Shown here piece by piece: positions 39,353 to 49,068 of a DNA stretch of 64,000 nucleotides. The translations under genes were made by a program, and so were the position numbers. This DNA comes from Bacillota bacterium (GTDB taxonomy: Bacteria; Bacillota; Negativicutes; DSM-13327), in assembly GCA_017889585.1 (NCBI GenBank), contig JAGFZX010000007.1, forward strand, positions 20,634 to 84,633, in the 5' to 3' direction. The number at the start of each line of letters is the position of its first letter. Position 1 is the stretch's first letter. The notes under the pieces are model-generated. The model did no database searches. It was not told the DNA's origin and saw only the letters and a list, made by a program, of their open reading frames with translations.

Positions 39353-42300
39353 GTGGCTAAGTTTTTTATTGAACGTCCCATTTTTGCGATCGTATTATCT
39401 ATCGTTATTACCTTAGTTGGTTTAATTTCAGCATTCAATTTACCCATAGCCCAATATCCCCAAATTACACCGCCACAGGTGAGTGTAAGCGGCAGTTATA
39501 CAGGCGCAAATGCTGAAGTTGTTGAACAGACCATGGCCCAATTGATTGAACTACAGGTCAATGGGACAGAAGATATGGTTTCTATGCAATCGACTAGTTC
39601 AGATTCAGGTTCTTACTCTTTGACGACAAAGTTTGATTTGAGTAAAAATGCTGATATGGCAACAGTACAAACCCAGAATCGGGTAGCCCAAGCGAATGCG
39701 TCTCTTCCTACAGAAGTTACTACGGCGGGTCTTACGACTCGTAAGGTTTCTCCTGATAGTTCTTTAATTTTTTCACTGTATTCTCCCAATGGAAGCTATG
39801 ATAGTATTTTTCTGAAAAATTATGGAAGTATTTACCTTGTTGAAGATTTGAAAAGAATCAAAGGCGTAGGTAGTATTATGGAATATGGTGCTGATTATGG
39901 GATGAGAATCTGGCTGAGGCCTGATAAAATGGCTCAGTTAGGACTTACGGGGAGTGACATCTCCACTGCTATTGGTACACAAAATGTGCAGGCTCCAGCA
40001 GGAACCATTGGTCAGAGACCATCATCCTCCCAGCAAGAATTTCAATATTCCGCACGGGTACAAGGTCGTTTGACCGAACCCAAGGAATTTGAAAATATTA
40101 TTATTAGTTCTAAGGATAATAATTTTATTAGGCTAAACGATATAGCCAAAGTTGAGATGGGAGGCAAAGATTATGGCTTCCAGAGTTTTCTTAATGGTCG
40201 TCAAGCAACAGCTTTTGCAGTTCAGCTGACTACCGATGCCAACGCATTGGAAACAATTACTAAAGTACAGGAAGCCTTGGAAGCAGCATCGAAAAAATTC
40301 CCATCAGATCTTGCTTATTATTCAGTTGTTGATAATACGAAATACGTGCGAGAATCTATGAAAGAAGTTGCCAAAACTTTTGCGGAAGCACTACTACTTG
40401 TGCTATTAGTCGTGTTTTTGTTTTTGCAAAGTTGGCGTGCTACACTCATTCCCATGCTGGCGATTCCAGTTTCTTTAATTGGAACCTTTGGTGCTTTTAT
40501 GGTGATGGGGTTCTCGATCAATACCTTAACTCTTTTTGCCATGGTGCTGGCCATTGGACTCGTGGTAGATGATGCGATCATTGTAATTGAAGCCGTGGAA
40601 CACCATATGCGCTATAATGGTATGAATCCCAAAGACGCAACTAAATTGGCCATGAGTGAAGTGTCGGGTCCTGTTGTTGCCATTGCCTTTGTATTGGCAT
40701 CTGTGTTTATTCCCGTAGCCTTTTTTGGCGGAACAACAGGTGTTTTATATAAACAGTTTGCCTTAACGATTGCAGTATCGATGGCATTGTCGGCTATCGT
40801 GGCTTTATCGTTAACGCCAGCTCTTTGTGCGTTAGTACTTAAACCTCATGATCCCAATGCCCATTCAGGCATGTTAGAAAAGTTTTTCAACAAATTTAAT
40901 GATGTGTTTGAGGCAACAGTAGAGAGATATGGCAGAGGTTTGGCAAAGTTTATTAAGCGATCTGCTTTAGGGGCTGTATTCTTGGTGGTGCTATTAGTAG
41001 TCACTGGTAAGCTATTTCAGCTCGTGCCATCTTCCTTTGTTCCCAGTGAGGACCAAGGGTTTTATATCTCAAGTATTAGCTTACCGGAGGCAGCAAGTGC
41101 CAGTCGTACTGCGAATGTGGCTAATAAAATCGCAGAAGATATGCGCGCTCAACCAGGCGTATTGGATACGATTGTAGTGCAAGGTTATGATATTCTAGCT
41201 GGTGCTGCTAAAGCAAATTCAGCGATTATTTTCACAAAGCTTGCACCATGGGATGAAAGAACCACACCAGAATTAGGTGTGGACCAGCAAGTTAGGAAAG
41301 TTCTGATGAATAGTGCTCATGTTCCCGAGGCCAAGGTCGTTTCTTTTAATGCTCCTTCATTGCCAGGTATTGGGACTGTAGGTGGCTTTACCTTAATGAT
41401 AGAAGATAAAGGCGGCAATACCATTGAAGAAATGGATCGAGTTTCTAAGGAATTTATGGCTGCAGCTCGTAAACGTCCGGAAATTGGTATGATTTACTCT
41501 ACCTTTGGAATTGATACACCTGGTTATCGTTTCGATGTAGATCGGGAAAAAGCACAGCAGTTAGGCGTTCCAGTAAAGGATGTATTTACTGCATTACAGA
41601 CCTTCCTTGGTGGTGTGCAAGTCAATGATTTTAATCGTTTTGGCCGATCCTATAAGGTAGTTATGCAAGCGGAGGAACAATTCCGTAATGATGTAGAAGG
41701 TACTCGTTTCTTCTTCGTTCGCAGTTCTTCAGGAGTCATGGTACCTCTCAATACCTTATTAAAACCACAAACCATTACGGCTCCCCCTGTAATTAAACGA
41801 TTTAATGGATACAGATCGATTCAGGTAGGGGGTAACCCAGCACAAGGATATAGTTCAGGGCAAGCCTTAACAGCCCTAGAAGAAGTGGCAGCACAGACAT
41901 TGCCAAGTGGTTTTAGTTATGAATGGGCAGATCAGAGTCGTGAGGAAAAAATATCAGGTGGTCGTGCGCCTTTCGTCTTTGGTTTTGCATTATTGTTTGT
42001 ATTCTTATGTTTGGCAGCTCTTTACGAAAGTTTTGGGATACCTTTTGCAGTTCTGTTATCAGTCCCTACAGGCATATTTGGTGCATTTTTGTTCCAATAT
42101 GTACGTAATTTGCAAAATGATGTTTACATGCAAATTGGTATGGTTATGCTCATTGGATTGGCAGCTAAGAATGCCATTCTAATCGTAGAATATGCCAAAG
42201 TTAGGGTCGATAAGGGAATGGACCCTGTCTCAGCAGCCATTGAGGCGGCTAAATTGCGCCTACGTCCAATCATAATGACGTCACTCGCCTTTATTATTGG

Positions 42301-42511
42301 ATGTTTACCTCTTGTAATTGCGACTGGTGCTGGTGCTGGTGCCAGAAATTCCATGGGTACAGCGGTTGTTGGTGGTATGTTAGCAGCGACAACTCTGGGG
42401 ATATTTTTGATTCCAGTACTGTTTGTTCTAATTGAACAGGGAGTCGGAATGATAAAGAAACATCGGAAAGGTAATCAAGAGTTACAAGATTCGCCAAGTT
42501 CTAAAATTTAG
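39353..42511 (+). CDS. HAE1-family RND permease (AcrB-like)
   Basis: MAKFFIERPIFAIV, AQYPQITPP, IGLVVDDAI, GLAAKNAILIVE, RLRPIIMTS. Confidence 0.96.
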   Translation: MAKFFIERPIFAIVLSIVITLVGLISAFNLPIAQYPQITPPQVSVSGSYTGANAEVVEQTMAQLIELQVNGTEDMVSMQSTSSDSGSYSLTTKFDLSKNADMATVQTQNRVAQANASLPTEVTTAGLTTRKVSPDSSLIFSLYSPNGSYDSIFLKNYGSIYLVEDLKRIKGVGSIMEYGADYGMRIWLRPDKMAQLGLTGSDISTAIGTQNVQAPAGTIGQRPSSSQQEFQYSARVQGRLTEPKEFENIIISSKDNNFIRLNDIAKVEMGGKDYGFQSFLNGRQATAFAVQLTTDANALETITKVQEALEAASKKFPSDLAYYSVVDNTKYVRESMKEVAKTFAEALLLVLLVVFLFLQSWRATLIPMLAIPVSLIGTFGAFMVMGFSINTLTLFAMVLAIGLVVDDAIIVIEAVEHHMRYNGMNPKDATKLAMSEVSGPVVAIAFVLASVFIPVAFFGGTTGVLYKQFALTIAVSMALSAIVALSLTPALCALVLKPHDPNAHSGMLEKFFNKFNDVFEATVERYGRGLAKFIKRSALGAVFLVVLLVVTGKLFQLVPSSFVPSEDQGFYISSISLPEAASASRTANVANKIAEDMRAQPGVLDTIVVQGYDILAGAAKANSAIIFTKLAPWDERTTPELGVDQQVRKVLMNSAHVPEAKVVSFNAPSLPGIGTVGGFTLMIEDKGGNTIEEMDRVSKEFMAAARKRPEIGMIYSTFGIDTPGYRFDVDREKAQQLGVPVKDVFTALQTFLGGVQVNDFNRFGRSYKVVMQAEEQFRNDVEGTRFFFVRSSSGVMVPLNTLLKPQTITAPPVIKRFNGYRSIQVGGNPAQGYSSGQALTALEEVAAQTLPSGFSYEWADQSREEKISGGRAPFVFGFALLFVFLCLAALYESFGIPFAVLLSVPTGIFGAFLFQYVRNLQNDVYMQIGMVMLIGLAAKNAILIVEYAKVRVDKGMDPVSAAIEAAKLRLRPIIMTSLAFIIGCLPLVIATGAGAGARNSMGTAVVGGMLAATTLGIFLIPVLFVLIEQGVGMIKKHRKGNQELQDSPSSKI

Positions 42512-42619
42512 ATAAAATAGGTATTAGATGGAGTGAAGATAGGTTACCTTAACAGGAAGAAAGAGGCTATATCGAATTGAATTATGCCTCAAGAACCGAC
42601 ATACTAAAAAAACTGAAGG

Positions 42620-43816
42620 CTAAAGGCCTTCAGTTTTTTGTTGTGCTGCAGTAAGGGTATATTCAGGTATGATATAGGTCAAAGGAATAGCTAGGATTAA
42701 GGGAAATAATGTCCAAAGAAGAGCAGGCTGAAGACCGATTATATCGCCTAGAGTAGCGGTAAGCGCAGCACCAAGGCCCCCTAGGCCAAAGGACATCCCG
42801 AGCATCATGCCTGAGGCCATGGCGGCATTTTCAGGTAACATATCCTGAGCCCAAACGATGGAGGAGGGAAGAGCACCCTGCAAAGCTGCTCCGCTGATGC
42901 CTAGCATAATCCAAGTGATAATACCCAGTTCATTAGATAATAGCAGGTATATAGCAATAAGACCGATAAACAGCGCACCCATAATGCAGTTTTTACGTCC
43001 TGTTTGATCACCTACATAACCTCCGATTACACTGCCTAAAGCTCCTCCGGATAAAAACACTGTCAGCATACCGCCTGCTAGAGCAGGGGAATGATTTTGC
43101 TGGGCTAGCCACAATGGTAAAAATGTAGGCAGGGCGACCTGGGGCCATGAACGTAGTCCCATTACGATATTTAATTTTAGAAGATTAGCCGATTTGTACC
43201 AGGCCGGGCCGGGAACAGGTGAAAAATGTGATGATGGAGGTGAAGAAAGAGGGATGCGATGAATGCCATAAAAATAATAGGCTAGAGTCAATAACACGGA
43301 AGGTAAAATAAGATAAAGTAGGCTGGTGATACCGAAGGTTAGAATTAGAAAGATTACAATGGCGGGGGCAATAGCAACGCCGACATTTCCTCCACCGATG
43401 AAAATAGACATGGATAATCCTTTGCTTTCTGCAGTCGTAATTTTGCCCATTAGGCTTGAACCTAAGGGATGGAAGAGTGAACCTCCCAGTCCTGCCATCA
43501 GAATGCAAATAAATAACATCCAAAAGGTGGGCGCTATCCCGGCCAGGCAAATAAAAACGGCGCTGATGGGCATAGTCAGCAGAACCAACCAGGTACAACC
43601 GTATTTATCAATATAGTAGCCAAACAGAGGCTGGAGAATGGCGGTAAAAGAATTTATCATGACTAATATACCGCCTGCTGTTAGGGATAAACCTAAACTA
43701 GCTATAACTACGGGCAGTAAGGCCGGCAGAAAACTGACATAAAAATCGCTCAAAAAATGTCCAGCAGTTAAGAGCCATATATATATTGATTCATTTTTGG
43801 AAGCTTGGATAGACAT
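42620..43816 (-). CDS. MFS transporter, Fsr (fosmidomycin resistance) family
   Basis: GHFLSDFY..PALLP, QPLFGY, FHP, SIFIGGGNVG, ASGMMLGMSFGLGG. Confidence 0.88.
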   Translation of the reverse strand: MSIQASKNESIYIWLLTAGHFLSDFYVSFLPALLPVVIASLGLSLTAGGILVMINSFTAILQPLFGYYIDKYGCTWLVLLTMPISAVFICLAGIAPTFWMLFICILMAGLGGSLFHPLGSSLMGKITTAESKGLSMSIFIGGGNVGVAIAPAIVIFLILTFGITSLLYLILPSVLLTLAYYFYGIHRIPLSSPPSSHFSPVPGPAWYKSANLLKLNIVMGLRSWPQVALPTFLPLWLAQQNHSPALAGGMLTVFLSGGALGSVIGGYVGDQTGRKNCIMGALFIGLIAIYLLLSNELGIITWIMLGISGAALQGALPSSIVWAQDMLPENAAMASGMMLGMSFGLGGLGAALTATLGDIIGLQPALLWTLFPLILAIPLTYIIPEYTLTAAQQKTEGL

Positions 43817-44070
43817 CTAATACACTCCTAAGTAGTATTCATATTATATATTAATAATGGTGATGGCAACTTCCGCACATTTCTAGAATAGACTGCTCAG
43901 TAACCTTACCATATTGTATCATGTTTGCTAAGGCTTGGCACAAGCCAAGTTTTCTTTATTATTTCTTTTATGCAAGTATGGAATTGTCATTATAGCAAAA
44001 AGAGATAAAGGATATGGAATTTTTTTAGCGAAATATTGTATATAATTATATGAGCGTTGGAGGTTTTAAT

Positions 44071-44880
44071 GTGAAGCAGTTAGTAATCGTTAAAGGTGCT
44101 GGTGATTTAGCGACAGGTATCGCCCTGCGTTTATTTCGTAGTGGTTTTTCGGTAGTCATGACTGAATTACCACAGCCCATGGTAATTCGCAGGACAGTAG
44201 CTTTTGCGGAAGCAATTTTTTCTGGGCAGGCGGTAGTGGAGGGCGTTGTCGCTGTAAAAAGTGAGCTGGCAGATAGTTTGCAAGTGGTAAAAGAGGGACA
44301 GATTGCTGTGATAGTAGATCCACAAGGGCAGTCTGTTGCTATATTAAAACCATTTGCCGTTGTGGATGCTATTTTGGCCAAAATAAATTTGGGTACACGG
44401 CTGAATGATGCTCCGATTGTTGTTGGCGTTGGTCCTGGTTTTACTGCTGGGGTGGATGTACATGCAGTGGTGGAAAGTATGCGCGGACATTATTTAGGGC
44501 GAGTCATTGTTGAAGGACAAGCATTGCCTGATACCGGTGTACCCGGGGATATTGGTGGCTATACAGAAGAACGAATTTTACGCGCGCCTTGTCAGGGGAT
44601 GTTTACAGGTGTCTCGAAGATTGGTGATCAGGTGTCGGCAGGGGATATTGTCGCTTATGTTGATCAGCAGCCTGTAATAGCTGGTATAACAGGCGTTTTG
44701 CGAGGGTTGTTACATAATCAGCTTACTGTTAAAGTAGGTATGAAAATTGGTGATATTGATCCGCGGTGTATACCTGAGCATTGTTTTTCCATTTCTGATA
44801 AAGCTCGTGCCATTAGTGGTGGGGTACTGGAGGCTATTCTTTTTAACTACAGAGGCACAGACAAGGCAGAGAAGAGGTAG
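44071..44880 (+). CDS. yqeB: Selenium-dependent molybdenum hydroxylase system protein
   Basis: KGAGDLATG, IRRTVAF, VVDAILAK.NLGT, GVGPGF, RGHYLG, KIGDIDPR, SDKA; GTG start after ggaggt. Confidence 0.93.
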   Translation: MKQLVIVKGAGDLATGIALRLFRSGFSVVMTELPQPMVIRRTVAFAEAIFSGQAVVEGVVAVKSELADSLQVVKEGQIAVIVDPQGQSVAILKPFAVVDAILAKINLGTRLNDAPIVVGVGPGFTAGVDVHAVVESMRGHYLGRVIVEGQALPDTGVPGDIGGYTEERILRAPCQGMFTGVSKIGDQVSAGDIVAYVDQQPVIAGITGVLRGLLHNQLTVKVGMKIGDIDPRCIPEHCFSISDKARAISGGVLEAILFNYRGTDKAEKR

Positions 44881-44884
44881 TTTT

Positions 44885-45661
44885 ATGCGGAAAATATGGA
44901 GCAATCTTATTCGGAGCATTCAGCCGCCCAGAGTGGTGACTATTATTGGCGGCGGTGGTAAAACCAGCCTCATGTATTATTTATTAACGATGCTGAAAGA
45001 TATGGGGTATAATGCTGTTGGGACCACGACCACGAAACTTTCTAGTAAACAGTTGAGTGGTAATTGCTTTGTTCAAATTCCTAGTGTAGAAGGGGGTTAT
45101 AAGGCAATAGAAGAGGCCAAAGATATACAAGATCATGTGACGTTAGTGTCTGGTGAAGATTCTAAAGTCCCAGGGAAGATGGTGGGAATTCCCGGTGAGT
45201 GGATTGATCAGTTGGCGACAATATATAGGGATGTAGTGTTTGTTGTTGAGGGAGATGGCTCGGCTGGTAAACCTCTCAAAGGGCATTTAGAACATGAACC
45301 AGTCATTCCTAGTAGTAGTTCCCTCGTGATCCCTGTTATTGGTATTGATAGTATGAGAGTGCAGCTTAATCTCCAAAGTACTCATCGGCCTGAGAGGATC
45401 TGTGAATTGACGGGAGCTATTTTTGATTCATTGGTTACAACTGAGATTATTACCAAATTACTATTTCATCCACAGGGATACTTGCGCAATTGTGGGGAGC
45501 ATAATGTAATAGTGCCCTTTATTAATAAGGTAGAGTCTGTAATCGAGCATCAGCAAGCTGAGGAATTAGCCCAGCAAATTTTAACCAGTAAACATCCCCA
45601 GGTAGGTGGGGTAATTGTTGGTAGTTTGATTCAAGAGGAGGGTCTATGGTTACAGGTGTAA
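44885..45661 (+). CDS. yqeC: Selenium cofactor biosynthesis accessory protein
   Basis: IIGGGGKTSLM, TTTTK, VEGDGSAGKPLK...HEPVIP, HRP. Confidence 0.9.
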   Translation: MRKIWSNLIRSIQPPRVVTIIGGGGKTSLMYYLLTMLKDMGYNAVGTTTTKLSSKQLSGNCFVQIPSVEGGYKAIEEAKDIQDHVTLVSGEDSKVPGKMVGIPGEWIDQLATIYRDVVFVVEGDGSAGKPLKGHLEHEPVIPSSSSLVIPVIGIDSMRVQLNLQSTHRPERICELTGAIFDSLVTTEIITKLLFHPQGYLRNCGEHNVIVPFINKVESVIEHQQAEELAQQILTSKHPQVGGVIVGSLIQEEGLWLQV

Positions 45662-46263
45662 TTTTGGCGGCAGGTCAAGGGCGACGTATGGGTGAACCTA
45701 AACAATTACTGCCTCTAGGGGGGAAACCCATGGTTTGGCATGTGGCGGCGACCGCCTGTCAAGCTGGTTTCGATGAAGTGGTCGTGATTACTGGAGCATA
45801 TGCGTCAGCAGTAAAACTGGTATTGCAGGATTTACCGGTTCAGGTCATTTATAATGAAAATTGGGCCCAAGGTCAGTCAACCAGTGTGAAAAAAGCTGTA
45901 CAATCAATCACAGCTGAGGATCAGGCGGTAGTATTTTTATTAGCAGATCAGCCGTTAATAAGTTCATCACTTATTAATGAACTTATCAATAGTTATCATG
46001 AGATAAATGCCAGTATTATTATGCCTCGTGTACTGAATCAACCAGGCAATCCAGTTTTATTTGATCTTAGGGTTTGGCGCTCGGCCCTACTTCAGTTGTC
46101 AGAAGACGAAGGGGCTAGGCAAATTATTAGGCAAAATCAAGAAGCTATACATTATATTGAGCTGCTAGATGGACAGATTTTTCTTGATGTAGATACGCCA
46201 GCAGAGTATGAAGTAATGGAGAATATGTGGAAAAAAATAAAAAAAAACAGTAGCATAGAATAG
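45646..46263 (+). CDS. mocA: Molybdenum cofactor cytidylyltransferase (MocA/YgfJ)
   Basis: ILAAGQGRRMG.PKQLL, GQSTS, LADQP, GNPVLF, DVDTP. Confidence 0.88.
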   Translation: MVTGVILAAGQGRRMGEPKQLLPLGGKPMVWHVAATACQAGFDEVVVITGAYASAVKLVLQDLPVQVIYNENWAQGQSTSVKKAVQSITAEDQAVVFLLADQPLISSSLINELINSYHEINASIIMPRVLNQPGNPVLFDLRVWRSALLQLSEDEGARQIIRQNQEAIHYIELLDGQIFLDVDTPAEYEVMENMWKKIKKNSSIE

Positions 46264-46321
46264 ATAAGAAGTATAACCTTTTATGTGAAAAAAGTATTTT
46301 ATATATTCTGAAAAATTAATA

Positions 46322-46399
46322 TTGCTTTTTTCCAATATTAAGGCTACTATAGTATATAGATACTACTATAGTATATAGTAGTTAATAAATTTTTCACAA
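46322..46399 (+). promoter_or_regulatory. Hydrogenase-operon promoter with a 16-nt direct repeat and a possible Rex site
   Basis: TTGCTT-N17-TACTAT; ctactatagtatatag at 46344 and 46363; TTAATAA-ATTT-TTCACAA at 46382-46399. Confidence 0.5.
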
Positions 46400-46463
46400 A
46401 TGAGCAATGTTTATTTGTACTATTTCCATGATTAATATTTATTTTAATCTAAGATAGGGGGAC

Positions 46464-46829
46464 GTGATGAAGCTTATTGAAGTGCAAAGAGTATTAGATG
46501 CTGAAGTAGTAGCTGGTATTGAGTGGATGGATAAGGAAGTGCTGACTGTTTGTGCTGCTGATTTGATGAGTGAAGTATTAGCTTTTGCTCAGGAAAATAC
46601 CTTGTTATTGACTGGATTAACGAATCTTCAAGTTGTACGCACTGCTGAAATGATTGACTTAGTTGGTGTTGTTTTTGTACGAGGTAAGCGACCGTGTCCT
46701 GAACTTATAAATTTGGCTGCGATGAAGAATATTCCGTTACTTGTTACTCCCCATTCTTTGTACGAATCATGTGGCAGATTATATCAAAATGACTTAAAAA
46801 GTTGTGAAGAAATTGGTGATATACGGTGA
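46464..46829 (+). CDS. DRTGG domain protein
   Basis: ADLMSEVL, LLTGLTNLQVVRTAEM, VFVRGK.P. Confidence 0.88.
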   Translation: MMKLIEVQRVLDAEVVAGIEWMDKEVLTVCAADLMSEVLAFAQENTLLLTGLTNLQVVRTAEMIDLVGVVFVRGKRPCPELINLAAMKNIPLLVTPHSLYESCGRLYQNDLKSCEEIGDIR

Positions 46830-47254
46830 GTGGTGGACAAGAAATTACTTTAGAATTTGAACTAAAAGCCGCGATTTTTGATGTAGCAGGTGAAGCCTCA
46901 AGTAAAACGAAACGGGTACTACAGCAAATTGGGATACGTGCTGATGTTATACGTCGTATTGCAATTAGCGCTTATGAAGGAGAAATAAACACCATTATTC
47001 ACTCTTGTGGCGGTGTAATGCGGGTCGTAATTTTTTGTGATCATACTGAAATTAGTTTTGAAGATCAAGGCCCGGGTATTGTTGATATTAATTTGGCGAT
47101 GCAAGAAGGCTATTCTACAGCTTCTGACGAGGTAAGGGAAATGGGTTTTGGTGCTGGTATGGGACTGCCGAATATGGCGCGTTGTACCGATAAATTTGAT
47201 ATTCAATCTGAAGTCGGTGTAGGTACTAAAATTAAAATGGTTGTATTTCATTAA
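46826..47254 (+). CDS. RsbT-like Ser/Thr kinase (anti-sigma-type HATPase)
   Basis: AGEASS, YEGEIN, DQGPGI, GYSTA, GFGAGMGLPNM. Confidence 0.88.
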   Translation: MSGGQEITLEFELKAAIFDVAGEASSKTKRVLQQIGIRADVIRRIAISAYEGEINTIIHSCGGVMRVVIFCDHTEISFEDQGPGIVDINLAMQEGYSTASDEVREMGFGAGMGLPNMARCTDKFDIQSEVGVGTKIKMVVFH

Positions 47255-47289
47255 CCATGGTTTAATTTAAGGATTGTGTGGTGGTAACG

Positions 47290-48672
47290 ATGGATGAATA
47301 TTTTCATTCCGTGCGGTTAATTGCAAATCGTTGTAAGGGGTGTGTAAGCTGCACAAAACGTTGTCCGACTGAAGCCATCCGCATTCGCGGTGGTAAAGCA
47401 CATATTATCGAATCCCGTTGTATTGACTGTGGTGAGTGTATCCGTCACTGTTCAAGTCATGCTAAAACAGCAATTACTGATTCTTTTGTGGATTTGGAAC
47501 GCTACAAAATTAATATAGCATTGCCTGCGCCTACGCTGTATGCTCAATTTCCTTTGGAATTTTCTATAGAGACTATTTTAGGTGGTCTTTTAAAATTAGG
47601 ATTTGATGAAGTTTGTGAAGTAGCTCGTGGAGCAGAACTTGTTTCCTTGATTATTAAAGATTATCTTAACCGTAAGGATATTAAAAGGCCAGCTATTTCT
47701 ACGGCTTGTCCGGCAGTTGTGAGGCTCATACAGGTTAAGTTTCCTGAACTTATTGAAAATTTAGTAACAATTGATGCGCCAGTGGAAGTGGCAGCCCGGG
47801 TAGCCCGGGCTGAATGTACCAGAAAGTATCACCTTAATGCTGATGAAGTAGGCGTGTGGTTTATTACACCATGTCCTGCTAAAATGACAGCATGTAAGCA
47901 ACCCCTGGGCTGCGAAAAGTCCAATATTACTGGAGCAATTGCGATATCTCAGATATATGGGGATTTATTAAAAGCATTGCCCCACGCTGACAAGAAAACC
48001 AATTGTAATTTAGCATCATGGGTTGGAATTGGTTGGGCAATCGCTGGCGGAGAGACTTCTGCAGTGGAAGTGGATAATAAATTGGTAGTACATGAGATTA
48101 ACAATGTAAGTAATGTCTTAGAGCAAGTCGCCATTGGCAAATTAAATGATATTGATTATATTGAAACCTTAGCTTGTGCCGGTGGTTGTATTGGTGGGCC
48201 GTTGACTGTAGAAAATCGTTTTGTGGCTGAAACTCGTATGAAACAGCGGATGCAAAAAATAAAAGACGAATATCAAGTATTAGGTAAAAGGCCGCTTATG
48301 GAGTATCAGAAAGAAAAACTTGGCATTAAAGAATGGCAGGCTATTGAGCCGAGACCCATTATGCTGTTGGACGAAGATATATTGAAAGCCATGAATAAAG
48401 TGGAGCTGATAGAAAAAACCTTAGAAAGTCTGCCAGGGCTGGACTGTGGTTCATGTGGCTCACCCAATTGTAGGGCGTTGGCTGAAGATATTGCTCAGGG
48501 GAGAGCTACTGAAACTGATTGTTTGTTCAAGCTTAGGGAGCGGGTGCGTGACTTGGCTCAAGAAATGATGGGCTTGGCGGAAAAATTACCGCCGCCATTA
48601 GATAAAGACTCAGAGGAATCGGAAGAATCAGAAGAGTCAGGGAAAAAAGAAGAATGTGAAGTTTGCGGATAA
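47290..48672 (+). CDS. Group D (PAS-less HydS-like) [FeFe]-hydrogenase
   Basis: 2x[4Fe-4S]; STACPAV, TPCPAK, ETLACAGGCIGG; C-terminal LPGLDCGSCGSPNC...C. Confidence 0.85.
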   Translation: MDEYFHSVRLIANRCKGCVSCTKRCPTEAIRIRGGKAHIIESRCIDCGECIRHCSSHAKTAITDSFVDLERYKINIALPAPTLYAQFPLEFSIETILGGLLKLGFDEVCEVARGAELVSLIIKDYLNRKDIKRPAISTACPAVVRLIQVKFPELIENLVTIDAPVEVAARVARAECTRKYHLNADEVGVWFITPCPAKMTACKQPLGCEKSNITGAIAISQIYGDLLKALPHADKKTNCNLASWVGIGWAIAGGETSAVEVDNKLVVHEINNVSNVLEQVAIGKLNDIDYIETLACAGGCIGGPLTVENRFVAETRMKQRMQKIKDEYQVLGKRPLMEYQKEKLGIKEWQAIEPRPIMLLDEDILKAMNKVELIEKTLESLPGLDCGSCGSPNCRALAEDIAQGRATETDCLFKLRERVRDLAQEMMGLAEKLPPPLDKDSEESEESEESGKKEECEVCG

Positions 48673-48726
48673 CATGAGCAGCTAGAAGGAAAATGAGATA
48701 TTACATTTTTTATAAGGATGTGTATC

Positions 48727-49068
48727 ATGATTATACAGGAAATGGTAGATATTTTGCAGGCTGAGGTCGTAGCGGGCGCTACAAAAGTTGATAACGTTAT
48801 TAACGGTGGCTATGCTTCTGACTTATTGAGTAATGTTATGAGTCAGGCGAAAACTGGTGATATTTGGGTTACTATGCATGCTCATCAAAATATTGTGGCT
48901 GTAGCATCCCTGCTAGGCTTGTCAGCAGTAATTATTGCTGGCCATGTACAACCAGATAAGGAAGCTATTAACAAGGCTGATGCAGAGGAGATACCATTGC
49001 TCACTACTGCTTTGTCAGTTTTCGAAGTGGTGGGCTTATTGTACAGTAAGGGTGTTAAAGGCGTATGA
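48727..49068 (+). CDS. DRTGG domain protein
   Basis: GGYASDLLSNVM, WVTMHAHQNIVAVASL. Confidence 0.85.
   Translation: MIIQEMVDILQAEVVAGATKVDNVINGGYASDLLSNVMSQAKTGDIWVTMHAHQNIVAVASLLGLSAVIIAGHVQPDKEAINKADAEEIPLLTTALSVFEVVGLLYSKGVKGV

Noticed and set aside
43857-43912. GGTGATGG as a fluoride riboswitch
   Set aside because: Lacks the pairing partner and the downstream AACCGC...GCTGATGAC elements
48610-48636. SEE x3 9-bp repeats at the group D hydrogenase C-terminus
   Set aside because: Low-complexity tail with synonymous divergence; no sign of phase variation
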